Source: a plasmid
Sequence record: NZ_CP043850.1
Length of the DNA: 64,000 bases
Reading direction: 5' to 3' (one strand)
Every line of letters begins with the position of its first letter. The first letter of the stretch is position 1. A program made the translations under genes and the position numbers. A model generated the notes under the pieces. It was not told the origin of the DNA, ran no database searches, and saw nothing but the letters and a program-made list of their open reading frames with translations. Of the stretch, positions 26,421 through 35,700 are shown one piece after another.

Positions 26421-29261
26421 TCAGGCCGTTAACTCGGCGTAGCGGGTGAAGAGCAGTTCCTGACGCTCCAGCTCGGTGCGGCAACGCCGTGCGGCGCCGA
26501 AGGCCTTGTCCACCTCCGTGTCCAGCGCGTCGTGGGCCTTCACCAAAGCCGGGTCCATGCCTAGTGCCGTGTAGTGCTGAGCTAGGGAGCGTCCGGGGTG
26601 CAGAGCGCGTGCGGCCAGCACCTTCTGGCCGGCGGCAATGATCTTCTCCCGTTGTCCCTCGGCCAGAGGCGGTAGGGGCAGGGTGGTCCACGTCAACGTG
26701 GAACCGAACCGCAAGTCCGACTTGAGGCGGCCGCCGACGGTCTTCTGCCAGGTCAGGAACATGCTCGAGGAGAGCATGGCGAACTGGAACCCGTCTGGGT
26801 CCGGGCACTGGAAGGTCGCATCGCTGGCGATCACCGTCTGCGGCAGTAACTGAACGGGGAAGTAGGGACGTTCCTCGGAGACATGGCGTGGGATGCACAC
26901 GTAATCCGTGGCCAACGCCTGCACCTGACGGAACAGGTGGTGATGACGGTAATCGCGGGTAGACGCTGCGGCAGAGCGGCCCCGGAACTGTCGGACCGCC
27001 TCCACGCGCTCGTGCAACACCGGGGAGGCGTGGATCTCCGCCCCGGTCGCCTGGACCAGCCACAGGCACCATCGCTCTTCAGAATGCAACAGCTCACGGG
27101 CACCGACGTAGGGCCGCAGGTACTTCGCGGCGATCGGATCTGCTCGTACCTGCTCCACCTCCGTAGCACCGACCAGCAGATGCCCATCGTCCGTGGGCTT
27201 GGATCCGTACATCGGCATGTTTAGCTCCGCCGAGATCGGCCGGCTGCGCTTGGTCACCAACACGTTGGGCCCGTCCACCAGGTAGGCGTTGATCGTCTTC
27301 ACCCCGGGCACTTCGCGGGCCTCACTGCGCGCGTGCTCGTATTTGAACAGGCGCGCCTTGGCATCGGGGTCGCGGGTGAAGCCGATGATCACGCAGTGCA
27401 CCGCGGCCTTGCCGGGGGCCTGGGAGTCCCACGCGAAAGTGCGGTGGGCGAACTTGATCCGCCAGCCGGCGGCGAAGATCGGGGCGAACAATCGAGCCGG
27501 CTGGTCCCCCTGCACGATCGAGTTCGTGGTCACGAACGCCCACTCCCCATCCCGATCGGTGAACAAGCGCAAGGTGAGCGCGTGCCAGGCGGTGACGTAG
27601 TCCAGGCGAGAGAGATCCTTGTTGCCACCCCAGGCGGCGTGCATCAAGGCGAGCTGCGCCCTGGTTCGGGTGGTGTCACCCAGGAACGGGGGGTTGCCGA
27701 ACACGAACGTGCGCCCGGCCGGGGCGGGGAGGGCCTGAGACCAGTCGAGGGTGAGCGCGTCGTGCTGGTAGATCGTGGCGGTGATCTTGATCGGCAGACG
27801 CACCGGGGCCTGGCCGAGCGCGGCGGCCAGCTGCCGATTGGCCTGATGGTCCACGAGGAACATGGCGGTCTCGGCGATCTTGGCCGGCCACCAGTTGATC
27901 TCGACCCCGTAGAACCGGTCGATGTGGATCCGCTGGTCCAAGCTCACGTCCAGGGACAGGTCCAGGGACCCGGTGCGGCGGCGCTGGTCGGCCAGCAGGT
28001 CCGTCTCGATCTCGCGCAGCTTGGCGTAGGCCAGGTTCAAGAAGTTGCCGGCCCCGCAGGCCGGGTCGACGTAGATGTTGGCGGCCATCTCCTCGATCAG
28101 CCCGATCACCTCACGCCGGGTGGTGGTCTTGTTCTGGATGAGCCGGTCCGCGCGGGCGCGGTACTCGTCCAGGAAGAGCGGGCCGATGGTCTTGAGGATG
28201 TTCTCCTCGGAGGTGTAGTGCTCCCCGTCCCCGCGGCGGGCCTGCTTGGACTTGACCAGTTGGAACATGGAGCCGAATACGGCCGGGGAGATCTGGGTCC
28301 ACCGGAACCGGCAGGCTGCCACGAGCGCGTCCCGGAAGTCGTTGGTGAGGAAGCCGGCCGTGGAGGTGCCGTCGAAGATGCCGCCGTTGACGTAGGGGAA
28401 GCGGGCCAGAGAGTCCGGCACACCGCGGCGCCGGTTCTCGGGGGTGTTGAGCACGCGGAAGAGCGCGTCGAGCTGGGGGCCGAGGTTGTCGGCGGTGGTG
28501 TCCCACTCCACCCAACGCTGGAACAGGTCGGCCTCCCACAGGCCGGCGTCGTCTCCGTAGAGCAGGAACAGCAGCCGGGTGAGCAGGATCGAGGCCTGCT
28601 GGGTGGCGAACTCCTCCTCTTCGGCGTCCTCGGGGGCCTCCTCGCCCACGGGTACGTCCACCTCGTCCCCGACGAGGGCGGTGAACATGGAGGCCATCAG
28701 CTGCGCGGCCGCGATGGAGGCCTCTTGTTCCTCGGTCTTGGTCACGGTGTCCCGGCCGGCCAGGAACATCAGCTGGTCCACGTGATCGGTGGCCTCTTGC
28801 ACGGTGAACTCGGACACCCAGCCGGCCTCGCCCAGACGTTCGACGCGGATGCGGGCGAAGTCTGTGACGAGCACGTACTTGGGCCACTCGTGCTGACCGA
28901 TGGATCCGCCGGCCAGGTAGTCCAGGGCCTGGGCGTGGGCGACGTCGAGGTCGGCACCCAGGGACTTGGCCTCGCCCAGGGCGACGCCGGACCAGAAGAA
29001 GTCGATGTAGCCGGCCCCGCCGGTGGAGGCGCGCGCGGCCCCGCGCTCGAACAGGTCGATGCGCTCGGGGATCACCCCGAAGGTTCGCAGCAGGTCGGAC
29101 CAGAACTGCTGGGCGAAGGACTTCTCCGTGTGGGTCTGTCCATCGGCGCGCCAGCGGTCGATGCGCTGACCCCAGGCATGTCCGAAGTCGTCCAGGGCTG
29201 TGCGGATGACGCCGCGATCTGCAAGTTGCTCCACAGGCACAACGTACAGCGACCTGAGCAA
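26421..29261 (-). CDS. MmeI-family type IIL (IIG) restriction-modification enzyme (fused PD-ExK nuclease, gamma-class N6-adenine methyltransferase and specificity region)
   Basis: 946 aa; N-terminal D..EAK motif (YIDFFWSGVALGEAKS); SAM motif VDPACGAGNFL; catalytic motif FGNPPF. Confidence 0.7.
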   Translation of the reverse strand: MLRSLYVVPVEQLADRGVIRTALDDFGHAWGQRIDRWRADGQTHTEKSFAQQFWSDLLRTFGVIPERIDLFERGAARASTGGAGYIDFFWSGVALGEAKSLGADLDVAHAQALDYLAGGSIGQHEWPKYVLVTDFARIRVERLGEAGWVSEFTVQEATDHVDQLMFLAGRDTVTKTEEQEASIAAAQLMASMFTALVGDEVDVPVGEEAPEDAEEEEFATQQASILLTRLLFLLYGDDAGLWEADLFQRWVEWDTTADNLGPQLDALFRVLNTPENRRRGVPDSLARFPYVNGGIFDGTSTAGFLTNDFRDALVAACRFRWTQISPAVFGSMFQLVKSKQARRGDGEHYTSEENILKTIGPLFLDEYRARADRLIQNKTTTRREVIGLIEEMAANIYVDPACGAGNFLNLAYAKLREIETDLLADQRRRTGSLDLSLDVSLDQRIHIDRFYGVEINWWPAKIAETAMFLVDHQANRQLAAALGQAPVRLPIKITATIYQHDALTLDWSQALPAPAGRTFVFGNPPFLGDTTRTRAQLALMHAAWGGNKDLSRLDYVTAWHALTLRLFTDRDGEWAFVTTNSIVQGDQPARLFAPIFAAGWRIKFAHRTFAWDSQAPGKAAVHCVIIGFTRDPDAKARLFKYEHARSEAREVPGVKTINAYLVDGPNVLVTKRSRPISAELNMPMYGSKPTDDGHLLVGATEVEQVRADPIAAKYLRPYVGARELLHSEERWCLWLVQATGAEIHASPVLHERVEAVRQFRGRSAAASTRDYRHHHLFRQVQALATDYVCIPRHVSEERPYFPVQLLPQTVIASDATFQCPDPDGFQFAMLSSSMFLTWQKTVGGRLKSDLRFGSTLTWTTLPLPPLAEGQREKIIAAGQKVLAARALHPGRSLAQHYTALGMDPALVKAHDALDTEVDKAFGAARRCRTELERQELLFTRYAELTA

Positions 29262-29397
29262 GCCCCCTCATCTGAGATAACCGGTTCGGGAGCCACGCCG
29301 CCGGCGTAGAGGGGGCAGGGGGGTGGTGTAGCTCTGCCTAGGATCGGTGGCGATGCACCCTCGCATCGCGTCATCTGCTCGAGCAAGGAACTCGCCC

Positions 29398-30063
29398 ATG
29401 TCACGACGCTCTCTGGCTTCTCTGGCCACTGCTGCTGCTTTAGTCGCCACCGCTGTCCTCGGGGGTGCGGGATCGGCGGCAGCCGGCACCACGTACTCGG
29501 CCCCGTTGCGCACGGCTGTGGCGTCGTTGCCGGTCGCGGCGGAGAACAATGCCGGCTATGACCGGGCCGCCCAGTTCGGGGACTGGAAGGATGCGAACAG
29601 GGACTGCCAGAACACTCGGGCAGAGGTGTTGATCGCAGAGTCCAAGACCACCCCGAAGTTCACGACGGCCCGTAAGTGCACGGTGGCCACGGGCAAGTGG
29701 GTGAGCAGCTGGGATCTGCGCACGCACACGTCTGCATCGACGGTGCAGATCGATCACATGGTGCCCGTGCATGAGGCGTGGGGCTCGGGAGCCCGGTACT
29801 GGACCAAGGCCAAGCGGGTGGCGTTCTACAACGACTTGGGGGATGCCCGGTCGCTGAACGCGCAGACCTCGGCGTTGAACTCGGCCAAGCAGGCCCGCGG
29901 TCCGGAGCAGTGGCTGCCGCCGAAGAACCAGTGCAAGTACATCGCTGACTGGACCGCGGTGAAGATCCGCTGGGGGTTGAAGGCTGACGCCACGGAGAAG
30001 GCGTTCTTGGTGAAGAAGGCCGCCTCCTGCGCAAACACCACCCTGAAGGTGACCCGGTACTGA
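29398..30063 (+). CDS. secreted HNH-like nuclease-domain protein (DUF1524 / GmrSD C-terminal-domain-like)
   Basis: signal peptide MSRRSLASLATAAALVATAVLGGAGSAAA; motifs DWKDANRDCQNTR, IDHMVPVHEAW, NS.K. Confidence 0.5.
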   Translation: MSRRSLASLATAAALVATAVLGGAGSAAAGTTYSAPLRTAVASLPVAAENNAGYDRAAQFGDWKDANRDCQNTRAEVLIAESKTTPKFTTARKCTVATGKWVSSWDLRTHTSASTVQIDHMVPVHEAWGSGARYWTKAKRVAFYNDLGDARSLNAQTSALNSAKQARGPEQWLPPKNQCKYIADWTAVKIRWGLKADATEKAFLVKKAASCANTTLKVTRY

Positions 30064-30526
30064 GGCTGCACGGCCGCAATGGTGCCCATTCCCTAGACGT
30101 TGACGGCTGCGCGTGTGGGCATTGGTCTGTACGGGGGCTGGCTCGAGGACTTGTGTTCGTACGCATGTCTGTCAGCGCCGCCCCTCTCCTGGAGCTTGCC
30201 GAGAGTCGAGGCGTCTGCTTCCTGCTGCGAGCCCGTCGGCTACCCCCGCCACCCTGTCCAGAGGTCTCGAGGCACCCGCCGTATGGGGCTTCTGCCGTCT
30301 TGAGCAGGCGTGGTCCTGGAGCTCCGGTCGTCCGGAGAGCGCGAACCTGCTACGGGGGTCTTACCTCGCGGCAGGGGACCGCTTCACCGTGCGGGTCGGG
30401 GTGTCGTTGTCGGCATTGGGAAGGTGGCGGTGCAGGACGCGTGGAGTCGGGGCGGCCCGCGGCAGGAGGCCCGGAACGCCGGCCACAAACGACCGTTTGC
30501 GGCGCTCGAGGGGGAGTGGTGGCTGA

Positions 30527-30580
30527 CTGTCAAGACGCGGCGAAGATCGCACGCGACTCGTGAAGGGCAGTTCCTTGGAG
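30527..30580 (+). repeat. cassette-boundary repeat, A form, degenerate copy (CTGTCAAGACGCGGCGAAGATCGCACGCGACTCGTGAAGGGCAGTTCCTTGGAG)
   Basis: aligns to the A core at 10778, 33038 and 49788. Confidence 0.55.
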
Positions 30581-30608
30581 GGCTCTGGGGCGGAGAGTGT
30601 CAGACGAC

Positions 30609-31226
30609 TCAGCTCCGGTTGGACTCGATCCATCCGTGGCGGCGTACGCCGGCGTCCTGCCGTGTGCCACAGTCGAGCACGGTGAATCCCGCCGTGATCA
30701 ACAGGCGGGAGAGCCCATCGACCGGCCAGTGCCACGCCGTGGTGACGGCGTGGTCGAAGGCCTCCACCTGGTTTGACGCGAAGAAGCCCAGCAGCAGTGA
30801 CCCGCCAGGGCGCAGTGCCTGGTGCGCGCGCTCCAGGAGGGTAGGCATCTCCACCGGCGGCGTGTGGATGATTGAGTACCAGCCCAGGATCCCGTTGAAG
30901 GCGGCTACGGGCAGGGTCTGGAACGAGCCCGGCTCCACGCGTACCTCCGGGTGGGTTCGGTGTGCGTGGGTCACGAACTCTTCGACCGGCTCGATGCCCG
31001 TCACCTCATGGCCCCGCGAGGCCAGGTGCGCGGTCCAGTGGGCCGGCCCGCAGCCGACGTCGGCCAGAACCCCATCCACCCGGTCGGCCCAGGCTTCGAC
31101 CAGGAGCCTGTCGTCCTCGGCGACGGCGGCCATGGTCCCCAGCAGCTCCGTGTACTCGGCCGCGCGGGCGTCATAGGCGGCCGAGCTGGTGGAAAGTCCT
31201 TCCCGGGCGGCGTCGTCAGGGGTCAC
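30609..31226 (-). CDS. class I SAM-dependent methyltransferase (small-molecule type)
   Basis: motif I VLADVGCGPAHWTAHLA; post-I acidic residue; LRPGGSLLL. Confidence 0.75.
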   Translation of the reverse strand: MTPDDAAREGLSTSSAAYDARAAEYTELLGTMAAVAEDDRLLVEAWADRVDGVLADVGCGPAHWTAHLASRGHEVTGIEPVEEFVTHAHRTHPEVRVEPGSFQTLPVAAFNGILGWYSIIHTPPVEMPTLLERAHQALRPGGSLLLGFFASNQVEAFDHAVTTAWHWPVDGLSRLLITAGFTVLDCGTRQDAGVRRHGWIESNRS

Positions 31227-31758
31227 CGCTGCCCCCCCCCGCCGGCGCGAGGACCTGCCAGAGCTCGTGGTCCTGCCAGCGACCGGCGATCTTCAGGTAC
31301 TGCGGGGCCAGGCCGTAACGCTCGAACCCGTGGCGCTGCAGCACCCGACGCGACGCATGGTTGTGGTGCAGGATCTCAGCCTGCACCCGGTGCAGTCCGA
31401 GCTCGCCGAAGGCGACCTCCAGGGCCTGCCCGACGGCGGCGGTCGCCACGCCGCGGCCCGTCGCCTCGCGGGCGACCCAGTAGCCGATCGAGCAGAACTG
31501 GCCGGCCCCGCGGACCACGCTGGCCAGGGTGAGACGACCGAAGATCGAGCCCACCTCGTCGGTGATGAGGTACGCGTAGGAGCGGTCCGCGGCGCGGTCA
31601 CGGTCTGCCTGCTCGAGGGTCTCGCGTTGGCCGGCCTCGGTGAACCATCGGGCGGGGCGCTTCGGCTCCCACGGGGCCAGATGCTCGCGCTGCGACACGG
31701 CCAGCGCCGCGAGAGTCGGGGCGTCTGCGGGAACGGCGGGACGCAGATGGATGGTCAT
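31216..31758 (-). CDS. GNAT-family N-acetyltransferase (RimJ/RimL-like)
   Basis: start MTIHLRPAVPADAP; motif VAREATGRGVATAAVGQALEVAF. Confidence 0.75.
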   Translation of the reverse strand: MTIHLRPAVPADAPTLAALAVSQREHLAPWEPKRPARWFTEAGQRETLEQADRDRAADRSYAYLITDEVGSIFGRLTLASVVRGAGQFCSIGYWVAREATGRGVATAAVGQALEVAFGELGLHRVQAEILHHNHASRRVLQRHGFERYGLAPQYLKIAGRWQDHELWQVLAPAGGGSGDP

Positions 31759-32309
31759 GGTCGGAGTGTAAGGACCCGCCGCGGTTGGGCAGAGACGCCC
31801 GTGGGCCGCGTCAGGAGGATTCCGACGCCGCCGTCGAACTCGATGCCGGCGAAGCGCGGACCGGTCTCCAGGGTCGTGAAGCCGAGCGAGTGGTGCAACG
31901 CGAGCGATGGTGCATTGCGGGCATTCACAACGCTGTGGAGGGTGTCTCCGTGGAGCGCTCCGACGGCCTCGATCACAGCCTGCAGCAGACGGTGACCGAT
32001 GCCTCGGTGGCGAAAGGCGGGATCCACGGTGAGCCCGGCAGTGAGCCACTGCGCTGGGCCTCCAGGATGCAGAGGGGTCCGGGTGGCACCAGACCAGCCC
32101 ACGACCTCGGTCCCCTCGGGCAGGGCGGCCTCGGCCACGACCAGGACGGGGGCCCGGTCGAGCAACCAGTGAGCGGCCGGAGCGTGGTCCGACGGTGTGC
32201 CGCCACGGGCCGCCATGACGACCGCCAGGGCCGGGCCGTCGTCAGGACGTGCCGGACGGATCGCCACGTTCGGTTGCGGGGCGATGTGATTCTGCGGCTG
32301 CGTGGTCAT
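31755..32309 (-). CDS. GNAT-family N-acetyltransferase
   Basis: motif VDPAFRHRGIGHRLLQAVIEAV; 4-bp overlap with the downstream GNAT gene. Confidence 0.75.
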   Translation of the reverse strand: MTTQPQNHIAPQPNVAIRPARPDDGPALAVVMAARGGTPSDHAPAAHWLLDRAPVLVVAEAALPEGTEVVGWSGATRTPLHPGGPAQWLTAGLTVDPAFRHRGIGHRLLQAVIEAVGALHGDTLHSVVNARNAPSLALHHSLGFTTLETGPRFAGIEFDGGVGILLTRPTGVSAQPRRVLTLRP

Positions 32310-32320
32310 GCCGAGGGAAT

Positions 32321-32800
32321 CTACGCGTGGAGCAGGATGCGCTCCACGACCTCCTCCGGGGTCTCTGCAGCCGTGATGCGGTGCTCGGCCACGAAGTCGA
32401 GGGGCTGCCAGCCGTGGTGCCAGCTGGCCATCTCCTCGGCGCTGAAGTCGCCGGCCTTGGGGCGTGTTGCGTGGCGGCGGACGGTCTCCGCGAAGGTGAG
32501 GTCGAAGGCGTAGAAGCGGGCGTCGTCGCTGGCGGCGGCGATCCGTTGGAGCATTGGCCCGTAGCGGCCGGCGTGGAAGATTCCGTCCAGGATCACGTGA
32601 TGGCCCCGGGCCAGGCAGTGGCGCGCGGCCGCCTCGAGCAGGTCCGCATGGGCGAGGCTCTCCTGCTCCCGCTCGGCGTACACATCCCGTCGGAAGTGGT
32701 CCTGGCTGAGCACGGCGACCGGACCGTCCAACTGGGATTGGAGCAGACGGGCGACGGTGGTCTTGCCGGAGGCCGCGTTGCCGCGGAGCACGACGAGCAT
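32321..32800 (-). CDS. P-loop kinase / AAA-type ATPase (predicted small-molecule kinase)
   Basis: N-terminal Walker A MLVVLRGNAASGKTTVARLL. Confidence 0.6.
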   Translation of the reverse strand: MLVVLRGNAASGKTTVARLLQSQLDGPVAVLSQDHFRRDVYAEREQESLAHADLLEAAARHCLARGHHVILDGIFHAGRYGPMLQRIAAASDDARFYAFDLTFAETVRRHATRPKAGDFSAEEMASWHHGWQPLDFVAEHRITAAETPEEVVERILLHA

Positions 32801-32878
32801 TCAGTGAATCTCCAGTTCTATGTGCGGTTCCGGGAGTTCGTCAATGACACCCGGGTCTACAGAGCGTCAAGCGTTCAG

Positions 32879-32998
32879 GCGCTTCCTGGCGTATGAAACA
32901 TATTTGCGCGTTTCTGAAATCTTCACTGCATCTCGACAGGCGCTTCCTGGCGTATGAAACATATTTGCGCGTTTCTGAAATCTTCACTGCATCTCGAC
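32879..32998 (-). repeat. cassette-boundary repeat, B form: exact 60-bp tandem duplication (GGCGCTTCCTGGCGTATGAAACATATTTGCGCGTTTCTGAAATCTTCACTGCATCTCGACA, twice)
   Basis: reverse complement shares the core TGTCGAGATGCAG(T/C)GAAGATTTCA with the A-form copies. Confidence 0.85.
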
Positions 32999-33012
32999 AT
33001 GGGCGATGGCGC

Positions 33013-33090
33013 AGGGCACAAGGGAAGGCGAGGTGGTGTTGTAGAGATGCAGCGAAGATTTCACACGACACGCGGTGAACCCTTCTCGGA
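33013..33090 (+). repeat. cassette-boundary repeat, A form, copy 3, facing the B tandem across ~40 bp
   Basis: GGGCACAAGGGAAGGCG..GTTGTAGAGATGCAGCGAAGATTTCACACGACACGCGGTGAACCCTTCTCGGAG. Confidence 0.8.
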
Positions 33091-33462
33091 GCAAAACCTT
33101 CAGCGGGGTCTGTGAAATGTACCCCTCGGCCGCCGAGAGAGTCATCAACGCCCAGGGTCAGTACATCTAGCCGACCACCCTGACCGCTGCGTCGCGGACA
33201 TGTCCCAGGCGCGCGCCTGACAGTGCGCTCATGCCGGGAAGGCGATTCTGAGGCCGTGCCACCTGCCGCTCGACTTCCGCCTCAGGCACCGGGTGCAGAG
33301 GAGTCACCTCTCGTGGTCGACGGCGGGCTATCAGTCGGGGATGCTCTCGCGTGCAGCCTTGCGAATCTGTGCTGAAGCGTGCTGCGAGGCAAAGGTCAGC
33401 AGTTGAGAAACAGCTGGCGGGCGTGAAGCAGGAACTGGTGACAGCTGATCGTTAGTGCCGGG

Positions 33463-33580
33463 AGGCTGAGGATGAGTCGTTGGCGGCCGTGCATCCGGTG
33501 AGCAGGAAAGCACCGACCACGACGGTGATTGCAGCGGTTTTCGTTCCGCCGTACTTCGGGAATGGCCTGAAGTTTTTCAT
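33463..33580 (-). CDS. tiny ORF (39 aa) encoding a lipoprotein-type signal peptide plus a short tail (MKNFRPFPKYGGTKTAAITVVVGAFLLTGCTAANDSSSASRH)
   Basis: SD GGAAGGAAT 7 bp upstream; lipobox LTGC; CsoR-type operator 45 bp upstream; below the ORF-track length cut-off. Confidence 0.3.
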
Positions 33581-33623
33581 GGGATTCCTTCCCGTGTCTG
33601 CCCGTGGTGCCAATTGGCCTTAC

Positions 33624-33638
33624 TACCCCATAGGGGTA
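33624..33638. promoter_or_regulatory. CsoR-type operator palindrome TACCCCATAGGGGTA
   Basis: perfect dyad of the TACCC-N-GGGTA class; one of four similar sites in the window. Confidence 0.55.
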
Positions 33639-33700
33639 GTGCCTACCTGCGTGACGCGGAAGCGCCCCCGCCCGGAACGAGCCCGGGAGGGGCACTGCGT

Positions 33701-34642
33701 TCAGTCGTGCTTGCTGATTTCCGGTTCATGTTCGGCAATGTGCTCGGTCTCGATCTGGAAGGTCGAGTGATGGATGGAGACCTCGAAGTGTCCTGCGACG
33801 CAATCTTTGATCTCGTGGAGCGTCTGCGCGGCACGACCGTCGGTGAAACACTCGTCCTCGACGACGACGTGGGCGGTCAGGATCGGCAGGCCGGTCGCCA
33901 CAGTGGAGGCGTGCAGGTCATGGACATCTTTGACATGGTCAAGTTCGAGGATGTGCGAACGCACCTTGTCGAGGTCGAGGCCCTTGGGAGTGAACTCCAT
34001 AAGGACGCCAGTGGTCTCGCGCATGAGCTTGAACGCGCGAGGCACGATCAATGCGGCGATAAGCAGTCCGGCGATGGCATCGGCCTGCATGAACCCGGTC
34101 GTGGCGATGACGATCGCCGCGATGATCACTCCGAGCGACCCGAGGGCATCATTGAGAACTTCGAGGAACGCGGCACGCATGTTGAAGTTCGAGCCGCGGC
34201 TGGAGGCGAGGATGGTGATGGCGATGATGTTCGCGACCAGGCCGATGATGCCGAATATCAGCAGTTCGCTTGCGGGCACCTCCGGCGGCTCGAACAGTCG
34301 CCGGATGCCTTCGATGGCGGCGTAGGTGCCCACCGCCAGCAGCAGTGCCGACTGTCCGAGGGCTGCGATCACTTCAATACGCCGGAACCCCCAGGTGCGC
34401 TTGGAGTTGGCGGGCTTGAGCATCAGCGTCGCGGCGATCAGTGCGACCAGCAGGCCGGACGCATCGGTAATGGCATGGGCGGTGTCGGTCAGCAATGCGA
34501 GGCTGCCGGTGATGACCGAGCCCATGGCCTGGGCAACGACGATCGTCGCGGTGATCGAGAATGCGATCCAGAGTTTCTTGCGGAAATCTCCGGGGTGACC
34601 GGTCTCGCTGGCGGCGGGGCCGTGATTGTGTCCTGCGCCCAT
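33701..34642 (-). CDS. cation diffusion facilitator (CDF) heavy-metal efflux transporter, CzcD-like
   Basis: start MGAGHNHGPAAS (His-rich); six TM helices; C-terminal cytoplasmic domain; ORF-track N-terminal extension judged untranslated. Confidence 0.8.
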   Translation of the reverse strand: MGAGHNHGPAASETGHPGDFRKKLWIAFSITATIVVAQAMGSVITGSLALLTDTAHAITDASGLLVALIAATLMLKPANSKRTWGFRRIEVIAALGQSALLLAVGTYAAIEGIRRLFEPPEVPASELLIFGIIGLVANIIAITILASSRGSNFNMRAAFLEVLNDALGSLGVIIAAIVIATTGFMQADAIAGLLIAALIVPRAFKLMRETTGVLMEFTPKGLDLDKVRSHILELDHVKDVHDLHASTVATGLPILTAHVVVEDECFTDGRAAQTLHEIKDCVAGHFEVSIHHSTFQIETEHIAEHEPEISKHD

Positions 34643-34644
34643 GT

Positions 34645-35034
34645 CTACTTCTTGTCCGTATCTGACGCGTGGTGGGTATGTGGGAGTCGCAGGTGCGTGC
34701 AGAGCAGGGCCTGCGTGCCGGTGGCATCGAGGAGGCGTTCGGCAGCGGCGATGAGGGTACGCAGGAGCTCGGACTGTGCCAGCGAGTACCAGGTGGAGCG
34801 CCCTTCCGGGCGCATCGTCGCCAGGCCGCACTCGACGAGGAAGCCGACATGCTTGCTCACCGTGGACTGGGCCAGGCCCATGTGCTCGACCAGGTCCCGG
34901 ACCCGGTGCTCCCCGGAGGCGAGGTGCTGCACGATCGCTAACCTCGTCGGCTCCGCAAATGCCTGGAACAGGTGGGCGTACGCTACCGTCGCCACTTCGT
35001 CGAGGGTTGCCCCCTTCTCTTGAATCATCGCCAT
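34645..35034 (-). CDS. ArsR/SmtB-family metal-responsive repressor
   Basis: HTH EPTRLAIVQHLASGEHRVRDLVEHMGLAQSTVSKHVGFL; 3 bp upstream of the CDF gene. Confidence 0.8.
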   Translation of the reverse strand: MAMIQEKGATLDEVATVAYAHLFQAFAEPTRLAIVQHLASGEHRVRDLVEHMGLAQSTVSKHVGFLVECGLATMRPEGRSTWYSLAQSELLRTLIAAAERLLDATGTQALLCTHLRLPHTHHASDTDKK

Positions 35035-35170
35035 AAGCCGATCATATCGCTCTAGAGCGATATTGTCGAGTGTGATATGTCGCTCCGACGCGGAATGAAG
35101 CTCAGGGGTCCCGTCGCACCCGAGGATGGGCTACCTGGGGGATGGTCGGTCGCATAGCTGCAGTGGGAAG

Positions 35171-35673
35171 CTACGCCAGCTGACCATCGGCCCCGGTGGA
35201 GAGCAGGCGGGGTGGGGAGCCGATGTCGATGAGTCGGGTGAAGTAGTCCTGTGCGCAGGTGGCGACGACCCCCACCTGCGGGTGGCTCCTCCTCTGCCCT
35301 GGCCAGGTCAGCGCCACGGTCACCGGTGGGGCATCCTCGATGGGCAGATAGACCACCTCCGGCGCGCGGTGATTGTGCGTTGTCGCCTCTGCAGTGATGC
35401 CGATGGCGTCGCCGACAGCGATGCGGGTTAACCACTCGCCCGTGTTCGCCACCGAGATCGTGCGCGGCATGTGAGCAGTCGTACTCCACAGCTCCCCGGT
35501 GGCCGTCGGAGCGGTCGCGCAGACCGCCACCGGCCCGTCAGCGAGATCGGCTAGGGTCACCGACTCCTGCCGGGCACGGGAGTCGCTGCTCGTCACCGAT
35601 ACAACCAGGCGTTCGGTGAACAGCGGTAACCGCTCCAAACCCGGACCAATGGCACGTTTGGGTGGAGAGGGAC
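35171..35673 (-). pseudogene. fragment of a LysR-type regulator (substrate-binding domain only), 5' part removed by the IS3 insertion
   Basis: protein-like C-terminal segment; the upstream part of ORF 35171..36019 runs antisense into the IS. Confidence 0.4.
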
Positions 35674-35700
35674 TGATGCACCCATAGGTGACAGCCGTCT

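Noticed and set aside
27333-29309. Plus-strand ORF of 658 aa, and minus-strand ORF 28111..29271, overlapping the MmeI-like gene
   Set aside because: Alternative frames of a 70% GC coding region. The translations are Gly/Arg/Pro-rich junk, and the MmeI-like frame carries the conserved motifs.
30113-31176. Plus-strand ORFs (30113..30526, 30153..30563, 30310..31176) around the degenerate A repeat and antisense to the methyltransferase
   Set aside because: Arg-rich junk translations. The region is better explained as non-coding repeat DNA plus the minus-strand methyltransferase gene.
32893-33078. 61-aa ORF spanning the tandem B repeat and the A repeat
   Set aside because: The ORF is produced by the repeat sequence itself, and the equivalent frames in other copies are not conserved.
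33614-35023. Plus-strand ORF of 469 aa across the CDF and ArsR genes
   Set aside because: Antisense to two well-supported minus-strand genes; the composition is artefactual.
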